Shown here: positions 12,290 through 23,584 of the stretch, one piece after another
Layout of the letters: every line of letters begins with the position of its first letter
Numbering within the stretch: position 1 is the first letter of the stretch
NCBI RefSeq assembly: GCF_001194135.2
Contig: NC_068987.1
Coordinates: 32,362,838 to 32,397,705, forward strand
Source of the DNA: Octopus bimaculoides
Lineage: Eukaryota
DNA: 34,868 nt
Direction of reading: 5' to 3'
Made by a program: the position numbers and the translations under genes
The notes under the pieces: generated by a model
Told to the model about the DNA's origin: nothing
Database searches by the model: none
Seen by the model: the letters and a program-made list of their open reading frames with translations, nothing else

Positions 12290-12311
12290 ATATTTAATGT
12301 ATTGACATCAG

Positions 12312-12366
12312 AGTGGTGAAAGTAAAAGTCAGCCTGGGTAAGATTTGAACTTAACGAAATACCACA
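12312..12366 (-). mobile_element. SINE family 1, short inverted fragment
   Basis: GTGAAAGTAAAAGTCAGCCTGGGTAAGATTTGAACT resembles the reverse complement of the SINE core. Confidence 0.5.
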
Positions 12367-12885
12367 AGTTTATTTCTGAACATTTTACCAAAGGAGGTTG
12401 CGTGGGGTTGGAACACAAAACTAAGATACAATTTTACATCCATGGAATATACAGATAACACTGCTTTTGTCTCTCCCATGCGTTCCTCCGCCCCGCTTCA
12501 CTTATCCAGTACTAAATATGTGAAGGTGGGAGGAGAGGATGAGTGAGACAGAAGTAGTAGGAGGTACGGAGAAGAGAAAGGAGACTAAAATTAGATTGGA
12601 AGTTTAGGAGAGGGAGCATTGGTGAGAGTAAGATACATAACACGAGAGAGAGAGAGGAGAGAGAAAGAGAGAGGGGAGAGGTAGAGTCGGAGTAAGAGAG
12701 GCAGAGGAAGAGAAAAAATGAGTGATAGCGAACAAGGAATAGAAAAAGAGGGTGTTGGTGGAGAAGATGGCGTGGTGATGTAAGGTAGAATTAGGGGGCG
12801 GACGCGAGATTTCAAAAACCGGATTGAATGTGGTCAGACTAGAGAAGGAGACGGAGAAGAAATAAGACACGTATAAAAGAAAACG

Positions 12886-12963
12886 AAGAAGAAGAAGAAG
12901 AAGAAGAAGAAGAAGAAGAACAACAACAACAACAACAACAGCAGCAGCAGCAGCAACAACAAC
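12886..12963. repeat. Compound (GAA)(CAA)(CAG) microsatellite inside a roughly 1-kb purine-rich tract
   Basis: Direct reading of the sequence. Confidence 0.92.
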
Positions 12964-13657
12964 GTAAGGAGTCTGCGAGAGTGCTAGAGAGAGGTTGGAG
13001 AGGAAGTAGAAAGCGGAAGAAAAAAAAAAAAAGGTAGATAAGGAGGCGTGGTTTTGAAACGTCAGAAACGGTTGAATATGCAAATGAGGATGACGCAGGT
13101 TAAAGAAAAAAAAAAAGAAAGGAAGAAGCAGAGAGAATACCGTGATTGATGACCAAATGAGGAATAGTCGAAAGGAGGAGGAGGAGAGGAAGTAACGATG
13201 AAATAAGAAGTGGGATGAGAAAAAAGAAAAGTGAAGTAATAGAGAAAGACGTTGTTGGAGGGACAGAAAGACGAGTAACTGTGCTGAAGAGGTCGTGAGT
13301 GGTGGAAGAAGAGGAGGGGGAGGAAGAAAGACAACTGTGTAGATAACAAGGGGATAAATAGTGAATTAAAAGAAAAGAGAAATAATGAGAGAGTGGGAGG
13401 AGGAGAGATTCAAGATGAAAAGAATAAGAATATATAAATGATATGACAAACGAGTGTCGTGTCTAGTTGTAGATAGAGATGGAGGGGGGGGGGGTCATTC
13501 TCTCTTTGTCTGTTTTCTTTCTTTTTCTTTCTTCTTCCAAAGAGAGTAAGCTCTTTCATTCTGTTCATTTGTCTGTCTATCAATTTCTTTTTCTTTCTGT
13601 CATTGTCTCTCTGTCTTTCTTTTCCTCTTTCTCTCCCTCTCTCTATAATCATATATT

Positions 13658-13658
<1 letters not shown>

Positions 13659-13705
<47 letters not shown>

Positions 13706-13718
13706 GTTATCTATCTAT

Positions 13719-13749
<31 letters not shown>

Positions 13750-13789
13750 CCTGTCTGTTTGCCTGTCTGTTTGCCTGTCTGTTTGCCTC

Positions 13790-13844
<55 letters not shown>

Positions 13845-13886
13845 GTCTATCTGTTTCACCCTCATTCTATCTCATCACCACTCACT

Positions 13887-13925
<39 letters not shown>
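13659..13925. repeat. (TCTA)/(TCTG)/(TC) compound microsatellite
   Basis: Direct reading of the sequence. Confidence 0.95.
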
Positions 13926-13928
<3 letters not shown>

Positions 13929-14137
13929 CCCTTAATTGTCTGTTTATATTTAATACGTTTCTCTCTACAAGAATGGAAAGCATTGAAAGTGGGAGAGAGA
14001 ATGGCTAGCAATGAACAGACAGAAGCAGAGAACGAACTAAGTGCGCCAGTGCGTGTGTAAATGTGTGTGTGAATTGTGTAAGGGTATCGTATTTGTTTAC
14101 ATATATATACTTTCGTGAAATTGCACACGTACGCACG

Positions 14138-14187
<50 letters not shown>

Positions 14188-14706
14188 TTTTGTATGTGTA
14201 TATAAATATATGTACTTATATATATGTGTTACTATGTGTGTATATGTATATATATGCATATATGTGCATATATATATAAGTATATATGTTTTTACTTATC
14301 TCTGAACATTTGCTCGCGTGCGCGCACACACACACACATATACGTGTTTATATACGTGGACAGGCACGCGCTCAAACAGATATATACAGATAGATAAGAT
14401 GGAGAAAAGAGTAAAAAAATGAAAAGGGGAGAGCAAGAGAGAGAAGAATATGAAGTCTGAAAATGGGGGAGAGAAAAAGTACAATGTGTAGAGATGTAAA
14501 GCAAACACTTATGTGTGTGCATGTGAGTGTGTATGTGCATGCGTGCGTGCGTGTGTGTGGGTGTGCGCGGGCAGATCTCTCAATGTGTGTGTGTGTGTGT
14601 GTGCGTGCGTGTGTGTGTGTGTCTGCGCGCGCAAACGCACACATATGAACACTTTCAGGAAAATGCACACATGCACATATACCCACTCGTATGTGTTGTG
14701 TGTGTA

Positions 14707-14798
<92 letters not shown>

Positions 14799-15110
14799 NN
14801 NNNNNNNNNNNNNNNNNNNNNNNNNNNNNNNNNNNNNNNNNNNNNNNNNNNNNNNNNNNNNNNNNNNNNNNNNNNNNNNNNNNNNNNNNNNNNNNNNNNN
14901 NNNNNNNNNNNNNNNNNNNNNNNNNNNNNNNNNNNNNNNNNNNNNNNNNNNNNNNNNNNNNNNNNNNNNNNNNNNNNNNNNNNNNNNNNNNNNNNNNNNN
15001 NNNNNNNNNNNNNNNNNNNNNNNNNNNNNNNNNNNNNNNNNNNNNNNNNNNNNNNNNNNNNNNNNNNNNNNNNNNNNNNNNNNNNNNNNNNNNNNNNNNN
15101 NNNNNNNNNN

Positions 15111-15153
<43 letters not shown>

Positions 15154-16047
15154 GTATATACATACAGATGTATATATATATATATATAGATGTATACACA
15201 CAGACATGTAACAAATACATAGACACAGAGTGAGAGAAAAAGTGAGAGAGAGATAGGGAGAGAGAAAAGAGGTATATAGATAGGTAGATAGAAAGAGAGA
15301 AAGAGAGAGAGGGCAGATTAATATAAGAAAACAGTCACGTGAAAACAGAAACGAGGGCCGAAACTAAAAGAATAAATAAAACGGTTGTGAGAAATGCCAC
15401 TAAAACAACAACAACAACAACAACAACAACAAAAATGTGAGATACTGTAAATATAGCGACATCATAAGAAAACAGTCTCTTTCCTTTATCATCATCACCG
15501 GTATCGTCTGCATGTATCCAAAATGTGTTGCGTTAAATAAGAAACGTTTGAACGAGATTTAATATTTGTTTCGGGAGTAAGAAAATAACAGAAAATAATA
15601 AAATTAGACCGAAAAAAAGTTAAAATAATAATAAATCAAAGAGAAGGGGAAAATTGAAAAAGAAAAAAAAAAACCCAAATAAAAACAACCAAAAACAAAA
15701 ACAAAAAAAAATGTTTGGGTCGGTATGGAGAAAGAATGAAAAAACATTAATCATTTAAAAATACCAACATACTAATAAATCAGAGAAAATTTCTCCCCCT
15801 GATTTTTCTTTCTTTTCATCTCATGTCATCCGTTCATTACGGAATCGCCCCATTCTCTAACGAGACATTAATCATTATACCCATAATACCATGCACCACT
15901 CTTGCATGTCGTCTGATTTTCTCCAATATTTCACGGGATTCTTCTACTGCTTGGATAATTTGATTTCTTTAAAACTTGTTGCAAGTTATATTATTATTAT
16001 CATTGTTATTATTATTGTCATGGTTATTGTTGTTGTTGTTGTTGTAG

Positions 16048-16183
16048 TTCTTCTTCTTCTTCTTCTTCTTCTTCTTCTTCTTCTTCTTCTTCTTCTTCTT
16101 CTTCTTCTTCTTCTTCTTCTTCTTCTTCTTCTTCTTCTTCTTCTTCTTCTTCTTCTTCTTCTTCTTCTTCTTCTTCTTCTTCT
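16048..16183. repeat. (CTT)n microsatellite
   Basis: Perfect run of about 45 units; source of the poly-L and poly-E ORFs. Confidence 0.98.
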
Positions 16184-16336
16184 CCCTGGTGTTGTAGTCT
16201 TATGTACCTCGGTTTTTCGATTTCTTTTATAGAAGTCAATTATTCTTTTACAAGTTAAATGTTTTTAGCTCGTATTTTAAAGTTTTCTGTTTTGCTTCTC
16301 GTTTTCTTTCAACTAAATGATTACGTATATATGTAC

Positions 16337-16367
<31 letters not shown>

Positions 16368-16829
16368 TATAAATATGTAATGTATATATATATATAAATG
16401 TATACACACATTGATGCATACTTACGTATATATATNNNNNNNNNNNNNNNNNNNNNNNNNNNNNNNNNNNNNNNNNNNNNNNNNNNNNNNNNNNNNNNNN
16501 NNNNNNNNNNNNNNNNNNNNNNNNNNNNNNNNNNNNNNNNNNNNNATATATACATATATACATACATACACATGTATGAATACCTAACCATAAGTATGCA
16601 TATAAGCATTTCTAACTCACTGAAAGCGTGTACGTAAATTATATCTAAATATTCAGAATGTGTTACGATTTTTGTGATTTTGTTTTTCAAATTTCTTTCT
16701 CCTGGTGAAAGAGCAAGTCTCCGTTCCAGAAACAATGCTTTTACATTTGAATTTGGTTTCCTCATCTAGGTATCCAATGTATGTATGTATGTATGTATGT
16801 ATGTATGTATGTATGCATTTATGTACGGA

Positions 16830-17520
16830 TATGCATGCATGAATGAATTTTCTTTGAGTTTTACTTCAGTTCTTCTTAAGAGAGTTCAAGTCGGTCGCTA
16901 ACAAAACGACTAGACCTTTTTAAGTAAGTGAGTTCCGGTGTTTATAAATATGTAGTTGAGTTTATTTGTTACTTGAACTGTCGTTGCATACACGCATCTA
17001 TTTACATAAGGATCTCAAATGGAGAATTTTTAGAATGTCTTACAAATCTTCACTTGCCACTTATAGATTAGATTTGGAGAACCCACGTCGGTTTCTTTTG
17101 CACTTTCTCCGCGAAACCGAGTATTTCTAGGTTTTTGTGAAAATATGATAATAGATTGAAATGATAATTCATAGTCAGGGTAAAAAAGCTGTAAGTTCCG
17201 CATTAATTCCTGGACTTTTCATTGTACACTGACATCCGTTGGGCAGCTGACAGCTACAACAGGACATGGCTTTTGTCCTGTCTCACTGAACTTTATCTGG
17301 TCCGCTATATTTGCACCAAACTGATGTTTTTATAGGAGTGTTTCACCAGTATTCCTTGTTTTTAAAGGTGTGAATATCTGTTGGCTCTGACATGCCTTTG
17401 GTGTATACGTCAGGGCAGTCCTTGCTGCGTATAGTAGTGTAAATAGTCTTTGCAACTATATCATGCCTCAGGAGCAGGTACTCTCTCGTAGACATTTTTT
17501 GGCAGCTGATGATGATGCGG
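16830..17520 (-). mobile_element. R4/Dong-like RLE non-LTR retrotransposon 3' remnant, family A copy 1
   Basis: HIISCQKMSTREYLLLRHDIVAKTIY (end of the CCHC finger), KEYW*NTPIKT..PD, VSCPTDV, ELMRNLQLFYPDY, SISG-VKICKTF; (TATG)n on both sides. Confidence 0.82.
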
Positions 17521-17739
17521 TATGTATGTATGTATGTATGCTGCCCTGGGTATGACTTGAAACTGCATCCGTTAGGATTTTGAAAAATGGAGAAACAGCT
17601 TTTAGCTACTACTTCTCTCAGCTCTCCTCAGACTTGAAGTTGTAACAGCACCAGCAACGGGCTAACTAGCATGTGGATCACTGGGAGTGAAGAACCCCCA
17701 GTTCTAGTTAGAATTCCCTTCTTGAAGAAGATAAAATTG

Positions 17740-18195
17740 TAAAAAAAATCCTGAAGAGCACTTGGTTTCTAGTCTTTTCAACTGCTGTTGCGATCACAAC
17801 ATAGCGGCGAAAGAATTTGACAAGATCAGTAAATATAAAGACTTGCTAATAAAAATGTGGCATCTCAAGGCGACTACCGTACCAGTGATTGTAGGATCAC
17901 CAGGAATGATAAAAAAAAGGTACTGAAACCTATTTGAAAATGATACTAGGCCTACCATCCCTACAGGAAGTGCAAAAAATCGTGTTAACTAGAACGACTC
18001 ATGTACTCAGAAGAGCATTATCGCTGTGAAAACAACATCCATTCATGAATTTATTTATTTATTAATTTTTTTTTACATACAAATTTTACCTGTGAATTTG
18101 CGTGTGTAAACTGGGAATGCATACAATGAGCTTCTCTGTCCTAGGTGTACGGAAAACACTCGGCGAGAAATGGAAGAAAATTTGTAGAAAAAAAA
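17740..18195 (+). mobile_element. R4/Dong-like RLE retrotransposon 3' remnant, family B copy 1
   Basis: DHNIAAKEFDKISKYKDLL-KMWHLKATTVPVIVGSPGMIKK..LPSLQEVQKIVLTRTTHVLRRALSL* (stop at 18027-18029), then a putative UTR and an A run. Confidence 0.88.
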
Positions 18196-18353
18196 AAGAT
18201 AATAGGTATGAAGCTGAAAGAATATCATGGGGACTGAATTTGCAATCTCCTTATCAATTTCCCCTTTCTCTTGTATTTTCTAACTACATTGGTGTCCGAG
18301 GATAGACAACATATCTTTTCGCAACATATCTTTTCTTTGTGGTCCTACACACG

Positions 18354-18356
<3 letters not shown>

Positions 18357-18386
<30 letters not shown>

Positions 18387-18432
18387 TGTATGTATGTATG
18401 TACGTTGTATGTATGTATGTAAGTATGTATGT
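18357..18432. repeat. (TATG)n microsatellite
   Basis: Direct reading of the sequence. Confidence 0.95.
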
Positions 18433-18439
18433 ATCTGCG

Positions 18440-19180
18440 GTCTTATGTATTAATATGCATATATATATTTGCATGTCAACACATGCATGCGTATGTACTA
18501 CACGTCAGACTTCTGAAATGCATTACACATGTTTCACAGTTCTATTGAAGTCTTATAATTATAATTTCCTAACCAGCTCTGTTGTTTTTTGTGTTGTAAA
18601 GCACAGCTTCTCAAGAATTATACCGAGCTGTTAGTTGCAAAACTACGAGCTGAGTAATTTTCGAGATAAATTTATAATCCGAGTAGAGTAATTTCCGTTT
18701 TCTCATTTGTTCACCATAAAAGTTTCTATTTTTGTAATCTGTAACATTATGTTAACGTCAGTTGAACAACTGATTCTTTCAACTTTCTTATCTCAATTCC
18801 AGATCACTATGTCTGGTCTGTCGAGCTTACAAAGTATTTGATCGGAACATTTCCACCAGTATTCTTTCATATTATGTGTCATAATAACCTTTACATAATG
18901 GTAACTTCGTATGTGTTGCTCACTTAGTTTTTTCATATTACAAATTGTTATGTATAGCATTTTGGCCACCATAACATGCTCATCGGTAGATAGTGTCGTA
19001 ATGTCATTTTTTAGATCGCTGCTTAAGAAGTAATTCTATAGAGTGTTAATCGGTTGTTCCTACTCCTGCATCTCTCTTTATTTTATGCACATCTTGCTCT
19101 TTTACCTGCAACGCTATTATTTTGTGCATCAGCTATTTTCTTGTTATTTGCCATTCGTGGATTAGGTTGACCAAAGTGTC
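18440..19180 (-). mobile_element. R4/Dong-like RLE remnant, family A copy 2 (more decayed)
   Basis: KMTLRHYLPM..VAKMLY, KEYWW..LDRPDIVIWN, SCSTDVN, LLYSDYKF, TVK..CNAFQK are colinear with copy 1. Confidence 0.75.
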
Positions 19181-19344
19181 CGTTCGGTTTATGTTGACAC
19201 TAAACCTTAAGCACTCTAATAAGCAGCTTACTTCAGTTTGTCCTTTGCGCATGCGTACACCTTAGATCTTTGAACTTCAACGCAATTCTACGTGAATGGC
19301 CGATTAGACAGATTGCATTTTGTATTCTCGGGATCATCCTGAAA

Positions 19345-20300
19345 ATGGAGAGCCAAAACGAGCATTACCCGCACTTAATGCTTTTTTATTCCAAGGCAAG
19401 AAAGAGGCAAAACCTACAGGTATATATGCACTGTGTACAGAGAGGATGCTGTTACGGAATGTACGTACCAGAAGTAGTTTCAAGATCTTGATCGGGAAAT
19501 TTTTCGGTCTGCGCTCTGGCCGGCCAACTGAAATTAACAGCAACACAACGAAAGAGTTAGTGTACATCAACCCTCGTCACACCACTAGGATGATCGCAGA
19601 TATTCTCCAAATATCCAAATTGAGAGCTGAAAATCATCTGCATCAACTTGGTTATATCAGCAGGTTCGATGCTTGGGTCTCACATAAGTAGACTGCGACT
19701 AACCTCTCTCAACGGATTTGCATTTGTGATTCGTTGCAGAAATGTGAAGAAAACGATCTCTTTGAAGACAATGATGACAGAAGACGTAAAAATGGATTGT
19801 CTGTAACAATGCGTAGCATAGACTATCATAAGGGAAACTCGGCGAAACACTGAAAACAACATCCACAGTAGGACTTCCTCTGAAGAAGGTTATACTTTCA
19901 ATTTGGTGGAATTGAAAGGGTGTTGTCTTTTTAGAGCTTCTTCTTGCCAACAAGACCATTAATTCGGATCTGTACTGTGACTAGCTGGACAAAATAAATG
20001 CAGTGATGTAACCAAAGCGTCCAGCACTAACTAATCATTAGCGTATTGTCCTTTATCATGTCAATGCCAAACCACACATTCCTTTACAGACGCAGCAGAA
20101 AATATTAAGGCGTGCCAGGGAAGTTTTGTCACACGGTCCATAGTCCCCCGAACTTGCGCCTACAGATTTTTATGTATTTTATTGGTTTCTAAAAAATTCA
20201 TTGAAAGGACAAGCCTGAAGAGCATGAAAAAATTCATCGGGTGGAAGTTTTCACCACTAAAGATAAGAAATTCTTTGAGCATATGGAATTGAAGCTCCTT
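19345..20300 (+). pseudogene. Mariner (DD34D-type) transposase pseudogene
   Basis: MESQNEH.., GRPTEI, WVSHK (WVPHEL), MTEDVKW (TGDEKW), HVNAKPH (HDNARPH), *SPELAPTDF (YSPDLAPSDY), KDKKFFE; many stops; TIRs not found. Confidence 0.93.
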
Positions 20301-20454
20301 GTGCAATACTTTACAGTAAATACTTCGATATCTTGCAATTCAATGTTTCACTAATTCTGGCGAGGTTAAAAGTCCAAAGTAAGAAAATTCCAAGGTAAGA
20401 AAATGTCCAGTTTCCGAATTAAACAACATTAGAAGGTAACATATTTACTATTGG

Positions 20455-20766
20455 AAAAAATTGGATTTTCTCCGAAGGATCTCTGGAATAACATTACTCG
20501 ACAGGTTGCATAGCTCAGGGATCAGGGAATGATAAGAATGTCGCCGGAAAGAGTCGCAGGATGGATTCCTGAAGTCGAGTCAACTTAGGGTTAGACAAAG
20601 AATGAGATGGTTGGATAATGTCGATAGTCTCAGTTAGTCATGCTTGGGAATCAGTCGAAAAAATGTAATGACTGTTCCTTGTGATAGGACCTTATGAAGG
20701 AGGTGTCTGAGGATTCTACCGCTACTGCCTTCCAAAGAATAGTGAGCAGAAGAGTTAGATGGATGG
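20455..20766 (+). mobile_element. RTE-like LINE 3' end, copy 2
   Basis: FLRRISGITLLDRLHSSGIRE, IRMSPERV..RMRWLDNV..NVMTVPCDRT, ending GATGGATGG; homologous to 8865-9176. Confidence 0.78.
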
Positions 20767-20794
20767 TTGAATTATTGGGGAAAGCACTCACATA

Positions 20795-20833
<39 letters not shown>

Positions 20834-21342
20834 NNNNNNNNNNNNNNNNNNNNNNNNNNNNNNNNNNNNNNNNNNNNNNNNNNNNNNNNNNNNNNNNNNN
20901 NNNNNNNNNNNNNNNNNNNNNNNNNNNNNNNNNNNNNNNNNNNNNNNNNNNNNNNNNNNNNNNNNNNNNNNNNNNNNNNNNNNNNNNNNNNNNNNNNNNN
21001 NNNNNNNNNNNNNNNNNNNNNNNNNNNNNNNNNNNNNNNNNNNNNNNNNNNNNNNNNNNNNNNNNNNNNNNNNNNNNNNNNNNNNNNNNNNNNNNNNNNN
21101 NNNNNNNNNNNNNNNNNNNNNNNNNNNNNNNNNNNNNNNNNNNNNNNNNNNNNNNNNNNNNNNNNNNNNNNNNNNNNNNNNNNNNNNNNNNNNNNNNNNN
21201 NNNNNNNNNNNNNNNNNNNNNNNNNNNNNNNNNNNNNNNNNNNNNNNNNNNNNNNNNNNNNNNNNNNNNNNNNNNNNNNNNNNNNNNNNNNNNNNNNNNN
21301 NNNNNNNNNNNNNNNNNNNNNNNNNNNNNNNNNNNNNNNNNN

Positions 21343-21399
<57 letters not shown>

Positions 21400-21749
21400 A
21401 TTTATCTATCTATATATATATATATATCACAGTATATCTGATGCCTCAAAGGAATGATTAGTCTTGTAAATAGTAATTCAGGTCAATAACAACTCTGCGA
21501 TAATGCTGTCACAGCTGTGTGTCTCATCAGTGTAATTCTAAGATAATTCAAAAGAAAAAGCGTTTTCATATATAAATAATGTTTAGATAAGATGAAAAAA
21601 AAAAAAAAAACATTTTATGTCAAAAAATAATCTCAAAAATTCAACACCTTATAACAAAAGCTGTGTTTATTGACAACAAAAATACATTTGTAGCTAAGAT
21701 TTCATAGAAAAGAATATGCTTTTTATGAGTTCTTGATTTTGTTGTTCTT

Positions 21750-21975
21750 TATGTTGTTGTTGTTGTTATTATTATTATTATTATTATTATTAGTCTTGTT
21801 ATTATCATCATCATCATCGTCATCATTATTATTGTTGTTGTTATTGTTTTTATTGTAGTATTAGTATTAGTAGTAGTAGTAATGGTAGTAGTAGTAGTAA
21901 AAGTAGTGATCACAGCAGTAGTAGCAGAAGTATTAGTAGTACTAGTAGTAGTAGCAGTAGTAGTAGTAGTAGTTG
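21750..21975. repeat. Compound (GTT)/(ATT)/(ATC)/(AGT) microsatellite
   Basis: Direct reading of the sequence. Confidence 0.93.
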
Positions 21976-21984
21976 TCGTTTTAC

Positions 21985-22375
21985 GAGCTCTTTCAAGTCT
22001 CACCGACGTTTTAAAGTCGGTGTTATTTATGAGAACAATGATATATTTCAAGGAAAGAAGACGAAAGACTGAGAATTACGCTTTCGTTTAAAGTTTGTTG
22101 CAAAATTTGCAGTTATTCTGTTTAACAGTGTTTTTCTTAGAGTGAAGGTTGTATACATGGAAACCAATTGCGTTTGTATTTCTAATACTTTTGGTTATCC
22201 TGATATTTGAACTCAGTATATAAGAGTACCATTTAATATTTTCACCAAAGCTCTAAGGATTACAGGTACAGATGTTCATATATGTTATATTTCTGAGATC
22301 TCTATTTTAAAGTTCTTGCACAAAATTTGTCACAGAGGTCTTGTAGTCTGCTGGGATTGACATATCTATGAGCAA
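21985..22375 (-). mobile_element. R4/Dong-like RLE remnant, family B-like copy 2
   Basis: LLIDMSIPADYKTSV..KIEISEI*HMNI.VPVILRAL..PKVLEIQ..TLRKTL, homologous to family B copy 1. Confidence 0.7.
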
Positions 22376-22379
22376 TCAC

Positions 22380-22723
22380 GTTTGCTCTGGCTTGATTCTG
22401 TGAGAGCGGACAGCAGCCTGTTGTTAGAGGTCTCACAGTGTCTCTTTCTGCGCATTATAATCTTTGATAATTGGTTATTAATTATCGTGGAAGACCTTCA
22501 ACACCCAAGTACCAGTCTAGTTGTGCCCGCCCAGCAGAGCAGTTTTTTGGGCATGCTCTGCTCGCATGTGAGTTTCGATTTCTATGATATACGAACTTGG
22601 TTGTTAGTGCTCCGAGTGCTCTACAACTACTGGGATGGCACTCTCCTCATAGTCCATATTCTTGCAATTTCGTCTCCTGGTACTCTGTACTTTTCCATCT
22701 TTTCTAGTTCTTTGACACTTATG
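22380..22723 (-). mobile_element. R4/Dong-like RLE remnant, family C
   Basis: KELEKMEKYRVPGDEIARIWTMR, IPVVV, EHAQKTALLG..LVLG, followed by a putative UTR. Confidence 0.8.
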
Positions 22724-22735
22724 TGCACATACCCG

Positions 22736-22791
22736 CATAAGTGACAAAGGACTAGAAAAGATAGAAAAGGCCAGACTACTAAAAGAAGAAA

Positions 22792-22794
<3 letters not shown>
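22736..22794 (+). repeat. Inverted copy of the family C 5' truncation end
   Basis: 59-bp gap-free inverted match to 22665-22723 with a 12-nt spacer. Confidence 0.85.

Positions 22795-22868
<74 letters not shown>
22794..22868. repeat. (ATT)n microsatellite
   Basis: Direct reading of the sequence. Confidence 0.97.
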
Positions 22869-23170
22869 TTCCGATTGGTTTGCATTTTATTTCATCTTCC
22901 GACCGAGTATCAACCAGAGACCTAAGGCACGTATATATTAGATGGAGAGGAACTTCCTGAGAATGTATATATAACTATTCAGTCATGAATATTTGCTCCT
23001 GATTGGTATATATATATATATATATATATANNNNNNNNNNNNNNNNNNNNNNNNNNNNNNNNNNNNNNNNNNNNNNNNNNNNNNNNNNNNNNNNNNNNNN
23101 NNNNNNNNNNNNNNNNNNNNNNNNNNNNNNNNNNNNNNNNNNNNNNNNNNNNNNNNNNNNNNNNNNNNNN

Positions 23171-23467
23171 CATTTGAAAAAAACGTTAGAGATGTGGACG
23201 CTATATATATATATAAATTTAAGGAATGGAGTGAACGCATGTTATAACTGCATACTTTATTCCGACATATGTTTCGAAGAATTACAATTTATGCGATCCA
23301 TAGGAAGCGTCGATGTTAAAAATGTAAACTTCTCCTCAGGGAAATGTATGGGGATCATCTTAAACGTAAGACATTATGACCGAGTATGAGAACTATAGTT
23401 GGATAAGGTTATAACGTAATTCATTTGAAAAAAACGTTAGAGATGTGGACGCTATATATATATATAA
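23171..23467 (-). repeat. 251-bp unit bounded by identical 46-bp direct repeats (Penelope pLTR- or retrozyme-like)
   Basis: CATTTGAAAAAAACGTTAGAGATGTGGACGC(TA)7A at 23171-23216 and 23422-23467; contains the hammerhead listed next. Confidence 0.7.
23251..23350 (-). ncRNA. Type I minimal hammerhead ribozyme, canonical core
   Basis: Minus strand: CATAC..TTCC-CTGAGGA-GAAG..(long loop)..CTTC-GAAA-C-ATAT-G-TC-GGAA..GTATG; all core nucleotides and stems I, II and III are present; predicted GUC cleavage between 23264 and 23263. Confidence 0.85.
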
Positions 23468-23584
23468 TGCGAGTTAGGTTGCGATCGGAGAGAACACCAT
23501 GAGTATTTAGGCACCTTCAATGGAAGTCTATGGGAAGGATTCTTATCTATATAAATATTCACTCGTGAATATTTGCTCCTGATT

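Noticed and set aside
15850-16765. Two minus-strand exon candidates (MRKPNSNVKALFLERR.. at 16621-16765; NQIIQAVEESREILEKIRR.. near 15850-15967)
   Set aside because: Their phases are incompatible, the second acceptor is weak, and no homology was recognised
18607-18653. Exon-like LLKNYTELLVAKLRA with AG/GT borders
   Set aside because: It is the antisense strand of RLE family A copy 2
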